This document shows positions 55,598 to 56,614 of a DNA stretch of 56,614 bases, in pieces (position 1 is the first letter of the stretch; every line of letters begins with the position of its first letter). Source of the stretch: a virus. Lineage: Duplodnaviria > Caudoviricetes. The DNA lies in the IMG/VR virus record IMGVR_UViG_3300030606_000008, positions 1 to 56,614 of that record; one strand, written 5' to 3'. Below the pieces are notes generated by a model. That model did no database searches and was not told where the DNA came from. It was given only the letters and a program-made list of their open reading frames with translations. The translations under genes were made by a program, and so were the position numbers.

Positions 55598-56614
55598 TGC
55601 CTTCGAGTGCCAAACCCACAGGTATCCAGACGGGTCCGGGGAAGTTATCCCCTGACAGCCTCAGCGGGTCTTCTCTCAAGAAGGCCTACACTTCCATTCC
55701 GGGCTTCCACACCCACCCCCCTCCAGGCTCAGACAGCGCATTAGAGGTCACGGACAGTACCAACTCAGAAGGTGACTCACTTCTCTACAGTCGGTCAGAC
55801 CACGTCCATGCTCATGGGGTGAGAGGAGGGGGGTCTACCCACGCCACCTCGACGAGTTCAGCAGCGGGGTACGTTCCCTCAGCCTCGGGCCAAAGTGTAG
55901 GATACGTCTATAGAGTAGATGCCGGGGGGACTCCTGATTGGGAGCCGCCCCCACTTTTTCTATACGGGGACGGGTCTGACGGGGACTTGAACGTCACCTC
56001 GAGTGACACGACTCTCACGGGGGGTGAGCAGTACGATACGATCACGTTTGGGAGCAGCCACACCGGGTTTATCTTCACGGCTAACAACGCCCTCCGGTGT
56101 TTAGTCCTAGACCTCACGAACGCTCAAGCCGGTGCAATTAATACAGATGGGGCTACCGGGGCAGATGGTGGGGGCTCTCCCCCGGCTCCGACGGAGGAGA
56201 ATACCGACCAAGAGCTGCCGTTTGGTCAGGCGGGGGCGCCCAGTAATACTGCAGTTTCTTCCGTGACGTGGAGTTTAGGAGGAAATGGGGGAGCTTCTGG
56301 AGGCGCCGGAACTTCGGCGGGTAGTGCCAACGACAAGAAGGCGGGAGGGGTCTCGACTCTCAAGATTCGGGGACCCTATCCGGGCCCACTTCACTGTGGT
56401 CTAGGGGGTGGTGGGGGAGATGCTCCGGACGCAGACCAAACTGGAGGTCAGGGTGGCAATGGGGCTGGTTATCTCCGGATCTACGCCCAGAGAATCATCA
56501 CGGACGGGACTACGATCGCCGGGGCGATCTCCGCTCGAGGCGGGAACGGGGGAGACGGCGTTACCGACGCCTCCCCCACACTCGGCGGTGGCGGTGGCGG
56601 TGGCGGGGGTGGTG
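55597..56614 (+). CDS. Glycine-rich tail fibre / adhesin-like protein, paralog 2 (runs off the window end; absent from the ORF track)
   Basis: TGATG coupling. My translation MPSSAKPTG..FHTHPPP..TDSTNSEG..SDHVHAHG..YGDGSDG..EQYDTITFGS..YLRIYAQRIITDG stays open to 56614 and is collinear with paralog 1. Confidence 0.8.
   Translation, partial: MPSSAKPTGIQTGPGKLSPDSLSGSSLKKAYTSIPGFHTHPPPGSDSALEVTDSTNSEGDSLLYSRSDHVHAHGVRGGGSTHATSTSSAAGYVPSASGQSVGYVYRVDAGGTPDWEPPPLFLYGDGSDGDLNVTSSDTTLTGGEQYDTITFGSSHTGFIFTANNALRCLVLDLTNAQAGAINTDGATGADGGGSPPAPTEENTDQELPFGQAGAPSNTAVSSVTWSLGGNGGASGGAGTSAGSANDKKAGGVSTLKIRGPYPGPLHCGLGGGGGDAPDADQTGGQGGNGAGYLRIYAQRIITDGTTIAGAISARGGNGGDGVTDASPTLGGGGGGGGGG
56473..56614 (+). 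repeat. 142-bp near-identical direct repeat, copy 2
   Basis: Matches 55172-55313 with 4 substitutions. Confidence 0.85.

Noticed and set aside
55172-56614. DGR template/variable repeat pair in the fibre genes
   Set aside because: The four mismatches (G/A, C/T, T/G, G/T) are not confined to adenines, and both copies are in-frame coding sequence.
1-56614. Stop-codon reassignment, tRNA/rRNA genes, introns/inteins, tail sheath, capsid or cas genes
   Set aside because: Code-11 ORFs tile the window densely using all three stops, and none of these features was recognisable by eye.
8119-56614. Extracellular contractile injection system or tailocin instead of a phage
   Set aside because: The module size, adjacent HNH, groES and CRISPR array, and the lack of an eCIS AAA ATPase or local sheath gene fit a large phage better. 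This is not formally excluded without the rest of the contig.

Overview
The window looks like part of a large (probably jumbo) contractile-tailed phage genome read in the standard genetic code. It opens inside a CRISPR array (1-652) with a 36-bp repeat resembling the Myxococcus/Leptospira type I-B ('Myxan') family; no cas gene is recognisable in the window. Next come a possible lysis/membrane cluster, a minus-strand accessory block (GroES, DUF3307-like, J-domain protein, with an antisense HNH gene) and four tandem hexapeptide-repeat beta-helix paralogs, one frameshifted. From about 8.1 kb to the end is a co-oriented tail/baseplate module: tube, two chaperone-like genes, tape measure, hub, spike, gp25-like and baseplate-J-like wedge proteins, several 870-1960 aa structural proteins and two Gly-rich fibre paralogs. 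The most striking observation is two degenerate copies of the CRISPR repeat (2281-2316 and 2342-2377, minus strand). They lie in sense orientation in the groES mRNA and bracket exactly its ribosome-binding site and start codon, and one of them encodes GroES residues 2-13. Second is a mutually exclusive RNA hairpin switch with a small upstream ORF ahead of the tail chaperone gene, sharing a 22-nt motif with another intergenic region of the tail module. All functional calls come from motif recognition by eye and gene order; no searches were run.
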